In this document: positions 62,637 through 64,000 of the stretch, one piece after another
Layout of the letters: every line of letters starts with the position of its first letter
Position numbering within the stretch: the first letter of the stretch is position 1
Assembly (NCBI GenBank): GCA_010405405.1
Contig: MU004233.1
Span: 2,458,539-2,522,538, forward strand
Source of the DNA: Microthyrium microscopicum
Lineage: Eukaryota
Length of the DNA: 64,000 bases
Direction: 5' to 3'
The notes under the pieces: model-generated
Told to the model about the DNA's origin: nothing
What the model saw: the letters and a program-made list of their open reading frames with translations, nothing else
Database searches by the model: none
Translations under genes and position numbers: made by a program

Positions 62637-62996
62637 GGTGGCAGTGGTTGCAGGTTATGCGCTCTCTGGTTTGTTGTTCCTGGACCCTGGTGAAGTAGTC
62701 GCCCTGATGTGATCGGTTGGAAAATCGTTTTTACGAAATGACACCAGGCTGCCAGGGATGAAATACAATATCAAAGGAGGAGGGATTCTCGGGGAAGTTC
62801 CTACGAGGCGGAGTCGACTTGAATCAACCTCGCCAGCTTTGGTGGCTGTGCAGCTATACTGCCGATTACTTGCACACACGAAAACAAGTTGTAGGCATTG
62901 CTATGACCTTTAGATTTTGGACCACGATTCGCTCCGACGATCTCTGACAGCGATCAGAACGAGCAGAAAGAAAGCCCACAGCTTACATAGTTCCCT

Positions 62997-63130
62997 TCGA
63001 GCTACACTACTCTATACTATCAGTTCAATCCACCAAAATCTTAGTCTCCAACTCGCCAAAGTGTCGAGCTACACTACTCTATACTATCAGTTCAATCCAC
63101 CAAAATCTTAGTCTCCAACTCGCCAAAGTG
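62997..63130. repeat. Perfect 67-bp tandem duplication spanning the aminopeptidase stop codon
   Basis: 62997-63063 is identical to 63064-63130. Confidence 0.95.
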
Positions 63131-64000
63131 TACAAAAAACGACTCAAACAAATTCACCGCATGCTCGATATCATACGCACCACCCGTCTCCCGACAACTA
63201 TGCATACTCAACTGCGGATTCCCCACATCAATCGTACGCGCGCCCAATGCCGCCGATAACATGGGCCCAATCGTGCTTCCACACGACGAGTCATTACGCA
63301 CCACAAATAGCTGTAGTGGTACACCTCCATTCTTCTCCGCCTTACATGCGTAGCTGGCTGCCGGTTTCGCGCGCTTGGCGGCTTCTTGCAGGAGCACGAT
63401 GCCTGGTGAATTTGTCGCGTATCGTGCATTCGCGTTGACTTTGATGACTGTGCCCTTGTTCATCTCTGGCCGATGTGATGCTTCGTATTTGGCTGGGTAG
63501 TTTGGATGCACGCTGTGCGCCATGTCTGCGGATACCAGGAATGAGCGGCTGAGGGTTTGTTCGTAGGCGTCCGGTGCGCCGACGTGTTCCCAGGAGCCGT
63601 TTTTGCTTTCACTGGCTTCCGGGACGACGGAAAGGCGGCGTAGAACGGCGGGTAGCATGTTGGAATCTGCGCCTTGGGCAGTGCGTGAGCCGATTTCTTC
63701 ATGGTCAAAGAGGGCGATTAGGCGGATTGTTGGGTCCGCGGAGAGAGAATCTGATTTGAGGGAGGCGGTGAGGCCTTCGACGGCACAGAAGGACATATCG
63801 AGATTGTCGAGGCGCGCGGAGAAGATGAGTTCATCGTTAAGTCCACCAATGCAGGACTTGTGGGTATCGTAGAGCAGCATTTCAAAGTCGACGATTTCGT
63901 CGGGTGTGCAACCGGCATTTTCGGCTATGATGTCGACGATGTAGGGATGGTGACGAGCCGTGGCGGCTGCAAGAGGTTCGTATGAGCTGGATTCTTCAGC
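63092..64000 (-). CDS. APE4: Aspartyl aminopeptidase (peptidase M18), 3' part; start outside the window
   Basis: SARLDNL, FDHEEIGS, SADMAHSVHPNY, CGSTIGP and LSMHSCRE metal-binding motifs. Confidence 0.93.
   Translation of the reverse strand, partial: AEESSSYEPLAAATARHHPYIVDIIAENAGCTPDEIVDFEMLLYDTHKSCIGGLNDELIFSARLDNLDMSFCAVEGLTASLKSDSLSADPTIRLIALFDHEEIGSRTAQGADSNMLPAVLRRLSVVPEASESKNGSWEHVGAPDAYEQTLSRSFLVSADMAHSVHPNYPAKYEASHRPEMNKGTVIKVNANARYATNSPGIVLLQEAAKRAKPAASYACKAEKNGGVPLQLFVVRNDSSCGSTIGPMLSAALGARTIDVGNPQLSMHSCRETGGAYDIEHAVNLFESFFVHFGELETKILVD

Overview
Gene-dense window from a filamentous ascomycete. Short GT-AG introns with CTRAC/CTAAC branch points and the gene content indicate Pezizomycotina, probably Dothideomycete-like; the taxon is inferred. 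About 22 protein-coding loci. Housekeeping genes: PAN1, eIF3b/PRT1, PP1/GLC7, M18 aspartyl aminopeptidase, FMO, a membrane J-domain protein, a Methyltransf_16-type methyltransferase, an LRR protein, an AT-hook protein and a GliK-like gamma-glutamylcyclotransferase. Accessory genes: three HET-domain genes, an atypical P450, a secreted DJ-1/PfpI protein, a broken F-box gene, a tandem pair of uncharacterised paralogues, a secreted SnoaL/NTF2-like protein, a 12-Cys secreted protein, an M43 metalloprotease and a Zn2Cys6-DUF3425 regulator. No tRNA, rRNA, CRISPR array or transposase was recognised. Main unexplained structures: (i) a ~214-bp fold-back element at 995-1208 and a degenerate 7x19-bp array at 23309-23441, which share a 19-mer and both lie between convergent gene ends; (ii) single in-frame TAA stops splitting a HET gene and one tandem paralogue without frameshift; (iii) a HET / Cys-rich protein / protease / regulator / HET island at 51.6-62.6 kb; (iv) MCB boxes upstream of both tandem paralogues; (v) alternative PP1 C-termini; (vi) a perfect 67-bp duplication across a stop codon. 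All exon boundaries were read by eye and no database searches were run.
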